Of a DNA stretch of 64,000 bases, positions 10,243 to 19,262 are shown one piece after another. Numbering within the stretch: position 1 is the stretch's first letter; each line of letters starts with the position of its first letter. Below the pieces are notes generated by a model. It made no database searches. It was not told where the DNA came from and saw only the letters and a program-made list of their open reading frames with translations. Position numbers and translations under genes: made by a program. Source of the DNA: an uncultured virus (IMG/VR IMGVR_UViG_3300043438_001049) (taxonomy: Duplodnaviria; Heunggongvirae; Uroviricota; Caudoviricetes); IMG/VR virus record IMGVR_UViG_3300043438_001049, one strand, 5' to 3'.

Positions 10243-10427
10243 TGATGACACGCAAAGACTATGTAGCAACCGCAGAAATCCTGCACGGATTTAAAGATTT
10301 AATCGGTGACCAATTAGTTTTTGAAGATTTGGTCGATGAGTTTTCGCTAATGTTTGAAAGCGATAACGAAAGATTTGACCATGTAAAGTTTTTCAATGCT
10401 TGCCATAAGGAAATGGAGTTAGTGTAA
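10242..10427 (+). CDS. Hypothetical early protein (MTRKDY family)
   Basis: MTRKDY...DNERFD..KF..AC pattern common in phage early genes. Confidence 0.6.
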   Translation: MMTRKDYVATAEILHGFKDLIGDQLVFEDLVDEFSLMFESDNERFDHVKFFNACHKEMELV

Positions 10428-10723
10428 TGACAACAACAACAACAACGACAACTACATCAACAAACCCAGCAACAGTTACAACTACTGCAACTGCAACTCT
10501 CTTGCCATGGAATGGATTTGCAATTTCGGGCTTTGTTCTTTCACTTACTATTTGGCCAATGGCTTTTATCTTTAGTCCAATAGCACTTAGCCAATTTAAA
10601 AGAAATGGTGAAAACTGGAACAGAGGTAAAGGTCTTGCAACTGCAGGTTTAATTATTGCAATAGTGCAAGCAGTTTTTACTGTTTTGTTTTGGGATTATC
10701 TTCTTAGCGATATGGAATACTAA
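10427..10723 (+). CDS. DUF4190-like membrane protein with poly-Thr N-terminus
   Basis: NGFAISGFVLSL...IALSQ..R.GE..RGKGLATAGLII. Confidence 0.65.
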   Translation: MTTTTTTTTTSTNPATVTTTATATLLPWNGFAISGFVLSLTIWPMAFIFSPIALSQFKRNGENWNRGKGLATAGLIIAIVQAVFTVLFWDYLLSDMEY

Positions 10724-10737
10724 TCCTATAATAAATT

Positions 10738-10763
10738 ATCCTGAGCATGATTTAAAACTGCTC
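10738..10763 (+). ncRNA. Pseudoknot motif copy 1
   Basis: ATC-C-TGAGCA-T-GAT-TTAAAAC-TGCTC. Confidence 0.6.
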
Positions 10764-10784
10764 GATCTTTTAACAAAAAAAATG

Positions 10785-10967
10785 CACGTGTGACTTATCC
10801 ACAGGCTGTGTATAACTTTAAGTAGCATGTGATTTTTTTCACACTCTCTGAGCGTCTCATTATTTAAGACTACTCGCTAGTAGGTTGATAATTTATGACT
10901 AATAGGCTAGACTTACATAGTAAGAAAAAATAAATAAGCAAGATTTGTCAGACCCCTATGGTAGGAT
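10785..10967 (+). promoter_or_regulatory. Cassette header: CACGTG, inverted DnaA-box pair, CRP-type site, TGTCAG promoter
   Basis: CACGTG 10785; TTATCCACA 10795; TGTGTATAA 10807; TGTGA-N6-TCACA 10828; TGTCAG-N10-TAGGAT 10946-10967. Confidence 0.8.
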
Positions 10968-11001
10968 AAAGTTAATAACAAAAAAAGAAAGAGGTTGCCC
11001 A

Positions 11002-11208
11002 ATGGCTACTAAACTATACACAATACAGGATTTACTAATTGGTAAAAACTATCGTTCCCGTAATCGTCACTTTGAGGGAGAAATTATTTCTGCCTCTCCC
11101 CGCCCTGCAATTTGGTATGGAGAAAATACCGAAGCATATGTCATTGAAATCTATGACCGCACTTTGCGAAGTAAGTTTGCAACAGTAGCAGTAAAGGTTG
11201 GTGAGTAA
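11002..11208 (+). CDS. Hypothetical early protein
   Basis: ATG at 11002 with SD GAGG. Confidence 0.55.
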   Translation: MATKLYTIQDLLIGKNYRSRNRHFEGEIISASPRPAIWYGENTEAYVIEIYDRTLRSKFATVAVKVGE

Positions 11209-11429
11209 TGAATAACGAATACCTATACGCAGTAACAGTATCGTATGATAGTAACCCCGTTCATTGGACGGGTCGTTACTCTGATGCACTAAGTGCAGTT
11301 AATGCTTTCAACGAAATTGTTGATTGGGGATTTGCTGATGAATATTCAACAGTTAATTTATCTGAACCAAGTGGAAAGATGCACACCCGCACTTTCTATC
11401 GTGAAGGACGAAAGGTCGTAACAAAATAA
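11208..11429 (+). CDS. Hypothetical early protein
   Basis: Coupled ORF. Confidence 0.55.
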   Translation: MNNEYLYAVTVSYDSNPVHWTGRYSDALSAVNAFNEIVDWGFADEYSTVNLSEPSGKMHTRTFYREGRKVVTK

Positions 11430-11698
11430 TGGGAAGCGTAACTGCACTCGGTATTCAAGATACCGTACTTGATTTAGAAACACAATTAGCCTATCACTTA
11501 CAGGGTAATCACTATCCTCCAGTACCGCTATCTATGGTGCAACCTTGCATAGATGCTATTGACGCATACTATGATGAGGACTACCGCAGAGAGATAGATT
11601 TGCCTCAAGGAGTGTTGTGGCGTGGGCAGGTTACTGCACCAGCAGATGCAATAATTGAGCAACACCATTTATCTTTTTGGCTACCAGAGGAGGACTAA
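11429..11698 (+). CDS. Hypothetical early protein (NHYPPVP family)
   Basis: HLQGNHYPPVP...IIEQHHL. Confidence 0.6.
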   Translation: MGSVTALGIQDTVLDLETQLAYHLQGNHYPPVPLSMVQPCIDAIDAYYDEDYRREIDLPQGVLWRGQVTAPADAIIEQHHLSFWLPEED

Positions 11699-11932
11699 AT
11701 GTCTGATACAATAAACAATATGGAACTTAGATTTGCTGATAACTTAAAACCATCTCAACTTATAGAAGGCGATCTAATTAAGGTTGATGATGAATATGTA
11801 ACTATTGAAACCATTACAGAAAATGAAGATGGATTTAATATTTATACTAGAAATGATTTTAATGAAGAGGGTCACATTTATTTATTTGATGATGAAACTA
11901 TTGAGTGGTATGTATTCTTTGAAGAAGACTAA
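11699..11932 (+). CDS. Hypothetical acidic protein
   Basis: Adjacent ORF. Confidence 0.5.
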   Translation: MSDTINNMELRFADNLKPSQLIEGDLIKVDDEYVTIETITENEDGFNIYTRNDFNEEGHIYLFDDETIEWYVFFEED

Positions 11933-11971
11933 TCACTAAAGTATTTTTATGTGCTTCCCCGCATAAAAATG

Positions 11972-12040
11972 CACGTGGCGCCTGTGTGAGATTTATCACA
12001 TTTTAAGAATTTGACATTTATTCCCCCTGTATGCTAAGAT
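11972..12040 (+). promoter_or_regulatory. Cassette header: CACGTG, CRP-type site, TTGACA-18-TAAGAT promoter
   Basis: CACGTG 11972; TGTGAGATTTATCACA 11985-12000. Confidence 0.75.
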
Positions 12041-12353
12041 TAATTATGAAGAAAAATCCAGAGGAATTACGCAGGCTTATGGAATTACGCCGTAGCAATG
12101 CGGCCTCTGCCGTGCCCTCTAAGAAATCCTATAACCGTAGGAAATGTCAGTCCGAAATGCTACAATTAAAACAACAAGAAGGAGAATAGCCCCATGGGAA
12201 ATATCGCAGATGAATTCTATGATGAATACTATGCAACAACCTGCCCTGAATGTAAAGAAAATGCGGTAGACGCATATGAAGAAAAATGCACTCATTGTTT
12301 ACTAGAAGAAATGTCCGCAACCTATAACGAAGACATTGCTCTAGAAATGAGTC

Positions 12354-13094
12354 TTGGCCTTGACTACTAATACACTTAAACTAAAACGCTCTAAAGATAG
12401 AAAGGTTGCTAATGCCGTCACACCTAATGGAAAACAAGCAAGTATCGCAAATACCTTTGGCCTCCCTGCTGGAAAGGCTTTCTCGTGTCCTGGTGCCACG
12501 AGTGTATGTGAATCCGTATGCTATGCAGGAAAACTCGAAAAGATCTTCCCAACCGTAAAAGTTAACCTGCTACACAATTGGGCCCTGCTAAAAGACGCAG
12601 ACTATTTAACTATGCTTAATCTCATTGCTGAGATGATTGCTGATTTCAAGGCAGACTGTATCAAGAAAGACGCTCCTATGCTATTCCGTATCCACTGGGA
12701 CGGAGATTTCTTTAACGATACTTATACTACCGCATGGTCTGATGTAATCAAACTTAATCCTGATGTACAATTTTGGGTATACACTCGTGTTAAGTCTGCA
12801 GCACTAATCTTAAAAGACATTGATAATCTTAGTCTTTATTTTTCTGCTGATAGTGAGAATGTAAAAACTGCCGTTGATTTAAAAATTAACAGTGGTGTAC
12901 GCATGGCATACCTTGCTAAGAATTTTGCAATTGGTAAGGCAGACATAAAAGAAATGATTGGTAAGCCTGCTGCTAAGTGTCCTGAGAATAATAAACAGAT
13001 TCCACTTATCTCAACAAATGGAAGCGCTTGCGTTTCTTGCTCACTTTGTGTATACTCTAAGAGTGACATAATTTTTTCATCGAGTAAGAAATGA
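12354..13094 (+). CDS. Phage gp88-like Cys-rich protein
   Basis: FGLPAG..CPGA...C...CYA...FRIHWDGDF...FWVYTR...CP...C..C..C. Confidence 0.7.
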   Translation: MALTTNTLKLKRSKDRKVANAVTPNGKQASIANTFGLPAGKAFSCPGATSVCESVCYAGKLEKIFPTVKVNLLHNWALLKDADYLTMLNLIAEMIADFKADCIKKDAPMLFRIHWDGDFFNDTYTTAWSDVIKLNPDVQFWVYTRVKSAALILKDIDNLSLYFSADSENVKTAVDLKINSGVRMAYLAKNFAIGKADIKEMIGKPAAKCPENNKQIPLISTNGSACVSCSLCVYSKSDIIFSSSKK

Positions 13095-13333
13095 GATAAC
13101 ATGCGTAGTACTCAAGTTATACTTTTATTTTGGTTGTTGCTTCTTTTATTTTTCCACCAATAAAATAAAAGGGGCCACGTCGCCAAGATCGAGGTTTGTC
13201 AAGTTTATGATAGGCTTTTAAGATGTGATTAAGGACACACCGCAAATCCTCCGCTGGATTGGTATTTATGACATTTTTATGCTAAAATTATACTATAAGC
13301 AATTAACCCCCACAACAGAAAGGCAAGACCCAA

Positions 13334-13504
13334 ATGACACTACACGGATACACTTACCAAATTGGTGATTTATTCACAACAAGCAAGACAGGCGTTACAG
13401 GTCGTATTGCAGGATTTACACCAATGTCTAATAAGGTTACTAGAGTTAGTTTAATCCTAGCCAATGGCGCACAACGCCTTGCTATGGTCAAGACCTCTAA
13501 GTAA
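13334..13504 (+). CDS. Small SH3/KOW-like protein (paralog 1)
   Basis: 56 aa, below ORF-track cutoff: MTLHGYTYQIGDLFTTSKTGVTGRIAGFTPMSNKVTRVSL... Confidence 0.6.
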   Translation: MTLHGYTYQIGDLFTTSKTGVTGRIAGFTPMSNKVTRVSLILANGAQRLAMVKTSK

Positions 13505-13610
13505 TCTCACAATGTGAGAAATGTTAAGTTTCGATTTGACATTTTTATCTGCAAAATGTTATACTTAGGTATAACCAAATAACAACCCCTAAACAGAAAA
13601 GAGAAAAACA

Positions 13611-13775
13611 ATGTCAGTAGCAACAGCAACATACAAGGTAGGCGATACCTACACAACACAGAAGTCAAAAGTTAGCGGAGTAATTCAAGAAATTAACCCA
13701 CTACCAAATGGTAATGTGCGAGTTAAGTTAGATGTAGATGGAAAGCCACGCTACACAACTTGGACGGCTAAGTAA
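13611..13775 (+). CDS. Small SH3/KOW-like protein (paralog 2)
   Basis: 54 aa: MSVATATYKVGDTYTTQKSKVSGVIQEINPLPNGNVRVKL... Confidence 0.6.
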   Translation: MSVATATYKVGDTYTTQKSKVSGVIQEINPLPNGNVRVKLDVDGKPRYTTWTAK

Positions 13776-13786
13776 TACAAAACTAA

Positions 13787-13817
13787 CGACCTGAGTATGT
13801 CGGTGCAAAACTACTCA
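13787..13817 (+). ncRNA. Pseudoknot motif copy 2
   Basis: CGAC-C-TGAGTA-T-GTCG-GTGCAAAAC-TACTCA. Confidence 0.6.
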
Positions 13818-13860
13818 ACCACCCCCTAACAAATACCCCACAAAAGAAAAGAGAAAACAA

Positions 13861-14283
13861 ATGGCTAGAGGAAAAGCAATTTCGGTTAAAATCGCAACAC
13901 CAAAAATCATCAAGGCACTAGAGCAATCACTTGCTAAGTTAGAAGCAGACTACTCATCACAAGAAGCAAATGAAGCAAAGTACGAGAAGGCTCGCAAAGT
14001 ATGGCAGAAAGAAATTATTGACTATGCCGTAGCAAACATCAAGAAGGCAGAAAACTTCCGTACTAACTATCGTCATTGGTCAAACACTCTTAACATTGAC
14101 TTTGACTTAACAGTTACAGAAAAAGACATGCCTAAAGAGCCTGAGAAGGACTTTGTTACAATGCACCAACACTCATACAATGAGCAGAAAGCAGAAATCT
14201 CTAACGCAATCCGTATTCTGAAAATGACAGATGAGGAAACAGTAAATACTAGCACCTACAATGCGGTTGCTCAATACCTATAA
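13861..14283 (+). CDS. Hypothetical early protein
   Basis: 140-aa ORF with A-rich leader. Confidence 0.65.
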   Translation: MARGKAISVKIATPKIIKALEQSLAKLEADYSSQEANEAKYEKARKVWQKEIIDYAVANIKKAENFRTNYRHWSNTLNIDFDLTVTEKDMPKEPEKDFVTMHQHSYNEQKAEISNAIRILKMTDEETVNTSTYNAVAQYL

Positions 14284-14390
14284 ATGAAATTGGGGGAGGC
14301 GTAAAAACCTCCCTCAACTTTCGCCAGGCTGATTAGGGCGATAATAGAAATACTATAGAGCAAGGCTCCTGCAGGCCTAAAGAAGCAGAC

Positions 14391-14417
14391 ATCCTGAGCA
14401 CGATCCAAAAAGGCTCA
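14391..14417 (+). ncRNA. Pseudoknot motif copy 3
   Basis: ATC-C-TGAGCA-C-GAT-CCAAAAA-GGCTCA. Confidence 0.5.
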
Positions 14418-14491
14418 CCCTTAAGGGGACTTGACAAATGTCAGTGGCGCCCTGTACAATTAAATTAAACCAACTACAGAAAGAGGCCCCC

Positions 14492-14920
14492 ATGGACCAA
14501 ACAGAAGAATCAGTAACAGTAATACCAAACACAACGCAAGAATTCCTTTTATCTCAGATTAAAATAAAAGATGAGCGTATTGCTCAACTTGAAGAGCACA
14601 CTCAAAAGGTAACCCAGCGCTCTTATTCCGATTCAGCAGACCGTAACCGTATGGTTGAGGGAATGAAGGACTGGACCCTTAGTGAATTAAGTAATGAAGA
14701 CATCACTGAGTCTCAAGCAGAACAAATTGCTGAAATCATGGGCTTTGAATTAACAACAGAGTTTGAATTGGAAGTTACAGTTCTTTATTCAGTTACTGTT
14801 AATGCTCGTGATGAAGAGTCTGCACAGAATGTAATTCACGATATTGATTTTGATACCGTGCAATATGACTCAGATAATATTTCTTGGTTGTCTTCATCCG
14901 TTGATAGAATAGATATTTAG
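14492..14920 (+). CDS. Hypothetical acidic early protein
   Basis: ATG 14492 with SD GAGG. Confidence 0.6.
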   Translation: MDQTEESVTVIPNTTQEFLLSQIKIKDERIAQLEEHTQKVTQRSYSDSADRNRMVEGMKDWTLSELSNEDITESQAEQIAEIMGFELTTEFELEVTVLYSVTVNARDEESAQNVIHDIDFDTVQYDSDNISWLSSSVDRIDI

Positions 14921-14968
14921 TAGGGGGCTACTAATACAGACATATCGAATGTCTATAAACTAGGTAAG

Positions 14969-14997
14969 GGCCCTAAGCATGGCCATGTAAACTGCTT
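14969..14997 (+). ncRNA. Pseudoknot motif copy 4
   Basis: GGCC-C-TAAGCA-T-GGCC-ATGTAAAC-TGCTT followed by T-tract. Confidence 0.55.
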
Positions 14998-15018
14998 TTT
15001 CTTTTTTTACAAAATTTG

Positions 15019-15138
15019 CACGTGGGGTTTATCCACAGGTTTATCCACAGGCTGTGATTAAGATCACCTTTAAGAAATGTCCGAATTGCCCCATGTATAC
15101 TTATACGATTTGACTTTGTCAGTCCACCCATGTATACT
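15019..15138 (+). promoter_or_regulatory. Cassette header: CACGTG, tandem DnaA boxes, CRP-like site, promoter
   Basis: CACGTG 15019; TTATCCACA 15029 and 15041; TGTGA-N6-TCACC 15053; TTGACT-17-TATACT with TGTCAG 15110-15138. Confidence 0.8.
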
Positions 15139-15168
15139 TAGATTAACAACAACAGAAAAGAGAAACTC

Positions 15169-16185
15169 ATGGCACATGACCTAGAAACACAAAACGGCGT
15201 TGCATCATTTGCATCATTCCGTGAACCTGCTTGGCATGGATTGGGTACTGTATTCACAGAAGAAAAAACTACATCAGAAATGTTGGCGCTTGCTAATCTT
15301 TCTAATTGGAATGTTCGTCTTGAAGATTTAACAGTACCGACCCACTTATCATCAGATAAGAATTATCAATATGTATTGCGTACTAACCCTACAGATACAA
15401 CACAGACCGACATTCTTGGTGTCGTTGGTGAGCGTTACCATGTAATGCAGAATGAAGATTTATTCTCATTCGGTGACAACATTCTAGACGGCGGAGGCCG
15501 TTGGGAGACTGCTGGCTCAATTAAGGGTGGCCGTGTTGTGTTCGGTGCGTTGGCACTAGAGCGTGAGACTGTCCTAGACCCTAGCGGTGTTGCCGATAAG
15601 GTAAAGACTTATTTACTTATCAACACATCACATGATGGCTCAATCGCTATTCAAGCAAGCATCACACCTGTTCGTGTTGTGTGCGCTAACACTCTCAATC
15701 TTGCTCTTGGCTCAATCAAGAAAAAGAATGGCGTCAAGCAATCATTCAAGATTCGTCATACACAGACTGCAAGCGGTAAGGTTGCCGTTGCTCGTGAGAC
15801 TCTTGGAATGGCTAACAAGTACATGGACGCATTTGATATTATGGCTAAGGCTATGATTGAAAAAGAAGTCAATGCTAAGCAATTCAATGATATTGTATTG
15901 GCTGCATATGCAAAACCAGAAACAGATGCTAAGGGTTCGCTAAAGAAGTGGGAAAATAAAATTGATTCAATCAATGATATTTACACAGGCGAGTTTAATG
16001 GTATGATTGCTGGTAGTGCTTGGGGTGCTTTCAATGCACTAACCGAACGCCTTGACTGGTATCGTTCTGCTCGTGGTGGTTCTAACGAATCAATCCTTGC
16101 ATCAGCATCAGGATTTGACCCTGCTATCAATGCAGAAAAGAATCGTTTGCTAAAAGTTGTACAAAATGTAATGCAACTCGCATAA
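15169..16185 (+). CDS. DUF932 / TIGR03299 phage-plasmid-like protein
   Basis: REPAWHGLG...WETAGSIKGG...NTSHDGS...TPVRVVCANT...KIRHT. Confidence 0.85.
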   Translation: MAHDLETQNGVASFASFREPAWHGLGTVFTEEKTTSEMLALANLSNWNVRLEDLTVPTHLSSDKNYQYVLRTNPTDTTQTDILGVVGERYHVMQNEDLFSFGDNILDGGGRWETAGSIKGGRVVFGALALERETVLDPSGVADKVKTYLLINTSHDGSIAIQASITPVRVVCANTLNLALGSIKKKNGVKQSFKIRHTQTASGKVAVARETLGMANKYMDAFDIMAKAMIEKEVNAKQFNDIVLAAYAKPETDAKGSLKKWENKIDSINDIYTGEFNGMIAGSAWGAFNALTERLDWYRSARGGSNESILASASGFDPAINAEKNRLLKVVQNVMQLA

Positions 16186-16191
16186 CAAAAA

Positions 16192-16219
16192 AATCCTAAG
16201 CATGATTCTAAACTGCTTG
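16192..16219 (+). ncRNA. Pseudoknot motif copy 5
   Basis: AATC-C-TAAGCA-T-GATT-CTAAAC-TGCTTG. Confidence 0.6.
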
Positions 16220-16224
16220 CAATG

Positions 16225-16314
16225 TTTAATGGTCAGGCGCAGGTAAGAGTGCTAAGGGCTCGGAGGGTTGCGCGGATACAAACCCCCGAAATTAATAGTC
16301 ACACCGCCATTAAA
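16225..16314 (+). ncRNA. Candidate structured RNA upstream of tRNA-Asp
   Basis: TTTAATGGT/GCCATTAAA closing stem with internal GC-rich hairpins. Confidence 0.4.
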
Positions 16315-16321
16315 CTTAATT

Positions 16322-16395
16322 GGAGTGTTAGCATAGTTGGTTAATGCGCTACCCTGTCACGGTAGAGATCACGGGTTCAAGTCCCGTACACTTCG
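16322..16395 (+). tRNA. tRNA-Asp (GTC)
   Basis: GGAGTGT/ACACTTC acceptor, CTACC-CTGTCAC-GGTAG anticodon arm, GGTTCAAGTCC T-arm. Confidence 0.92.
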
Positions 16396-16863
16396 CAAAA
16401 TCGCCACGTGTGGAAATTAGTACAAATCGGACATAAAAATGTCAAATAAAATAAACTTTACGATAGTCAAACCTTTTCCCCAAAAATGTCAAACCTAAAA
16501 ATCTTTACGATAGAGTTGACATTTCCCCCAATCTCTGCGATAATTAATACATGACCCAAACAATGAGAACGATTGACGAATTAGTCAATGAGATGTACAT
16601 GGACAATGAGCCACATCTCGAATACATGGAGAATATGAACGGTGGGGATTGTGATTGTAACATCCACACTACCTTGAACACAATAGTCAAATACTGGTGG
16701 GATGAGGAGAACTAATGTTAGGCTATGAACTATCAGACTTAGATATGATGATTGCTAATGTAAACATTGCCTCTAAACAATTAAACAACTCAGGTATTGC
16801 TAAAGGTTTGGAAGAAGTTTCTTCATTCCTCCAGGGACTATGGGCAGAAGGGTACTTTGACTA

Positions 16864-17151
16864 ATGTGGAGCAAGTATACATTTGTTTGTGACCCTGATG
16901 AGTGTGACGCTCTTCTTGAGTTTACCGCTAGAGATGGCTTTGGCTTTCCCCTGGGATCTGTAGAGATGAAATGCCCATGTGGACGCTGGATGGCTTACAT
17001 TAGCATTGAAGAGGTTTGGTCCCCCATCATTGATACTATAGAGATGCTTAATGATTTTAAGAAGCAAGCAGGCATAGCCATAGACTCTTTGGATGTGATG
17101 AAGGTCACACCCCCACAACTTGTAAAAATCAACACCAACCCGTATAATTAA
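16864..17151 (+). CDS. Small Cys-rich protein
   Basis: CDPDEC...CPC. Confidence 0.5.
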   Translation: MWSKYTFVCDPDECDALLEFTARDGFGFPLGSVEMKCPCGRWMAYISIEEVWSPIIDTIEMLNDFKKQAGIAIDSLDVMKVTPPQLVKINTNPYN

Positions 17152-17299
17152 TATATGGACCTAAACACATTCCGAGAATATATCCGATTGCATGCCATAT
17201 CCCTTGAACAGGATTTGGAAAACGAGGACGGTGCTGATAGCATTGTTCCTTATCTTGAAGGAGCCATTAATGTATCCCGCCACTATTTGGAGGTAACCA

Positions 17300-17587
17300 A
17301 TGAACGATAACACTACCCTTGACCCATACCTAATGAAACTAGTAGAACTTGGTATGGACGGAGCAGATATCCTGCACGGTCACCTTAAAGTTTTAATGGT
17401 TGAGGCAGAGAAGCAATTAGACCTGTGCATTGAAGCAGAGGAGTATTCAGAAGAAGCAATGGACTCAATGGCTCGTACAGAGGCTTCAGGCTATTTTGAC
17501 GCACTGTGTGAGGTCTATGCCCTAACTTATGCTATCGCTTTTGCCAAGGAAGAAGTAAAGAACCGCAAGGAGATTCTTGGTGAATAA
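17300..17587 (+). CDS. Hypothetical protein
   Basis: SD GGAGG. Confidence 0.6.
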   Translation: MNDNTTLDPYLMKLVELGMDGADILHGHLKVLMVEAEKQLDLCIEAEEYSEEAMDSMARTEASGYFDALCEVYALTYAIAFAKEEVKNRKEILGE

Positions 17588-18020
17588 CGAACGCTTTATA
17601 GAAATGACTGAGGAAGAATGGTTTGAGACTTATAAGCCTGTTAAGAATCATCTTGAAACCACATCTTCATTTGACGGACACATGTTTGAGACATATGGCT
17701 CAGAGGTAGAGTTTGTTAAGTCTATCCCTGAAGACCGTATCTGGATGCTTGGAGACGGTGACGACGGTGGTATGTACATCTGGAACGGCTGGGGATTTGT
17801 AAATAGAATAGGATACTTTGTCACTGAGGTACCCTGCCCACCTGACACGACTATTCAGGTCCAAGTAGGTATACCTTGGTATTACTGTGAGGCCTGTGAC
17901 TCAGAATGGGAAGACCCTGATAATCTTATTAGAGATGCCTTCCAAGAAGAGGATTTGGAAAAATGCCCTAACTGTGCTACCATTGAAGAAATGACCCTAG
18001 TAGGATTGGATAACAAATGA
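17577..18020 (+). CDS. Hypothetical protein with C-terminal Zn ribbon
   Basis: FETYG...FVNRIGYFVTE; CEAC...CPNC. Confidence 0.6.
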   Translation: MVNNERFIEMTEEEWFETYKPVKNHLETTSSFDGHMFETYGSEVEFVKSIPEDRIWMLGDGDDGGMYIWNGWGFVNRIGYFVTEVPCPPDTTIQVQVGIPWYYCEACDSEWEDPDNLIRDAFQEEDLEKCPNCATIEEMTLVGLDNK

Positions 18021-18355
18021 CAAAATATGTAATAGATGAACTTACCTTAGTAGGAAGTTTTGCTGTTGACTCAGGCCAAGCAATGGTGGGCGACCCATGC
18101 TACCTTGACCAATGGAAAACAAATGAGGGTGAGCCATGGGATATGGAAGGCAAGATAGGAGAATACTCTTATCAAGGTGCTAGTGCTACAACGATTAACT
18201 CTAACGCAGGGGAGTTAGGAATTGGTAGCGCAATTGTATTTAACACAGGCTATGGTGACGGTTACTATCCTGTTTATATAAAGACAAATCAAGACGGACG
18301 AGTTGTAAAGGTAGTAATTGACTTCGAAGGCGACCTAGATGAGGAGCAAGACTAA
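18017..18355 (+). CDS. DUF4241-like protein
   Basis: VDSGQ..GDPCY...TGYGDGYYPVY. Confidence 0.6.
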   Translation: MTKYVIDELTLVGSFAVDSGQAMVGDPCYLDQWKTNEGEPWDMEGKIGEYSYQGASATTINSNAGELGIGSAIVFNTGYGDGYYPVYIKTNQDGRVVKVVIDFEGDLDEEQD

Positions 18356-18720
18356 TGGGTGCACGGATCAACTATGTATTTAAAGATTCATTAACTAAGC
18401 CTTCAGTTGTACTTTATAGTCACTGGGGTGAGACCGAATGGCAGCGGGACCTAGCAATGGCCCTGCAGCATTCAAAGCCTAGGTGGATAGACGCCTCATA
18501 TGGTACCCGCATGATGATTAGTTATCTTACGCAAGACTCAGTCTTGGATGAGACAGGGTTTGGTATCTATGCTATTAATAACGGTGACTATGAATTTTGG
18601 GACACCACTGTAATCATCGACTTCAATACTAAGACTATTAATGAACTGGGCTCAGACATCCATGTTGATTGGGACCTATTCATAGCAGCCTATCGACCAG
18701 TTTTAATGGAGCAAATCTAG
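18355..18720 (+). CDS. Hypothetical protein
   Basis: MGAR...LYSHWG motif; coupled. Confidence 0.6.
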   Translation: MGARINYVFKDSLTKPSVVLYSHWGETEWQRDLAMALQHSKPRWIDASYGTRMMISYLTQDSVLDETGFGIYAINNGDYEFWDTTVIIDFNTKTINELGSDIHVDWDLFIAAYRPVLMEQI

Positions 18721-18812
18721 GGAGTGGGTCCTCTAGATTATAGGGTGGAAGGGGCAGGCGTGGGGCTTGCTCTTTCCCCCACTTTTTGGTACAATAGATA
18801 CAAGGGAGAACT

Positions 18813-19019
18813 ATGCGTATAAGCAGACGGGTCACAGAGGAAGAAAAGGTAGCCATGAAGTTAGGCAACATGGTATCTGACCTCCGAGTTGATTTGGAAT
18901 TAGTCGGGGAATACCTAGCAAAGTCTCAGCCCTATGTCGTGTATAATAGATTACAGACAATAGCAGAGTCAGCCAAAGAAACTAAGGAAGGTACAAATTA
19001 TGCCATTAACGGATTTTGA
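18813..19019 (+). CDS. Hypothetical protein
   Basis: SD GGGAG. Confidence 0.55.
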   Translation: MRISRRVTEEEKVAMKLGNMVSDLRVDLELVGEYLAKSQPYVVYNRLQTIAESAKETKEGTNYAINGF

Positions 19020-19260
19020 TAGCAGGGCTTTAATTCTTGGACAGTTATGGGTCAATTATAAAAGTGATGACGAATGGACAGACTTCTTCGCTTATAGCGA
19101 TTTAGGTTTGCCACTTGCTTTCTCTTTTGCTGAAGGCATTGTCAATCACACACCATCACTTGAACAATACATAAACGAGACATGGGATTTGTTTATTGAA
19201 GGTTTGGGTATTGAAGATGAAGGTTTTGCACGACTGGAAGATATCTTCACAGAAGAGTAA
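19000..19260 (+). CDS. Hypothetical acidic protein
   Basis: YSDLGLPLA motif; SD. Confidence 0.6.
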   Translation: MPLTDFDSRALILGQLWVNYKSDDEWTDFFAYSDLGLPLAFSFAEGIVNHTPSLEQYINETWDLFIEGLGIEDEGFARLEDIFTEE

Positions 19261-19262
19261 CT

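Noticed and set aside
10738..10763. Repeated motif as hammerhead ribozyme or simple rho-independent terminator
   Set aside because: Lacks the CUGANGA/GAAA core; most copies lack a U-tract, and covariation indicates a pseudoknot
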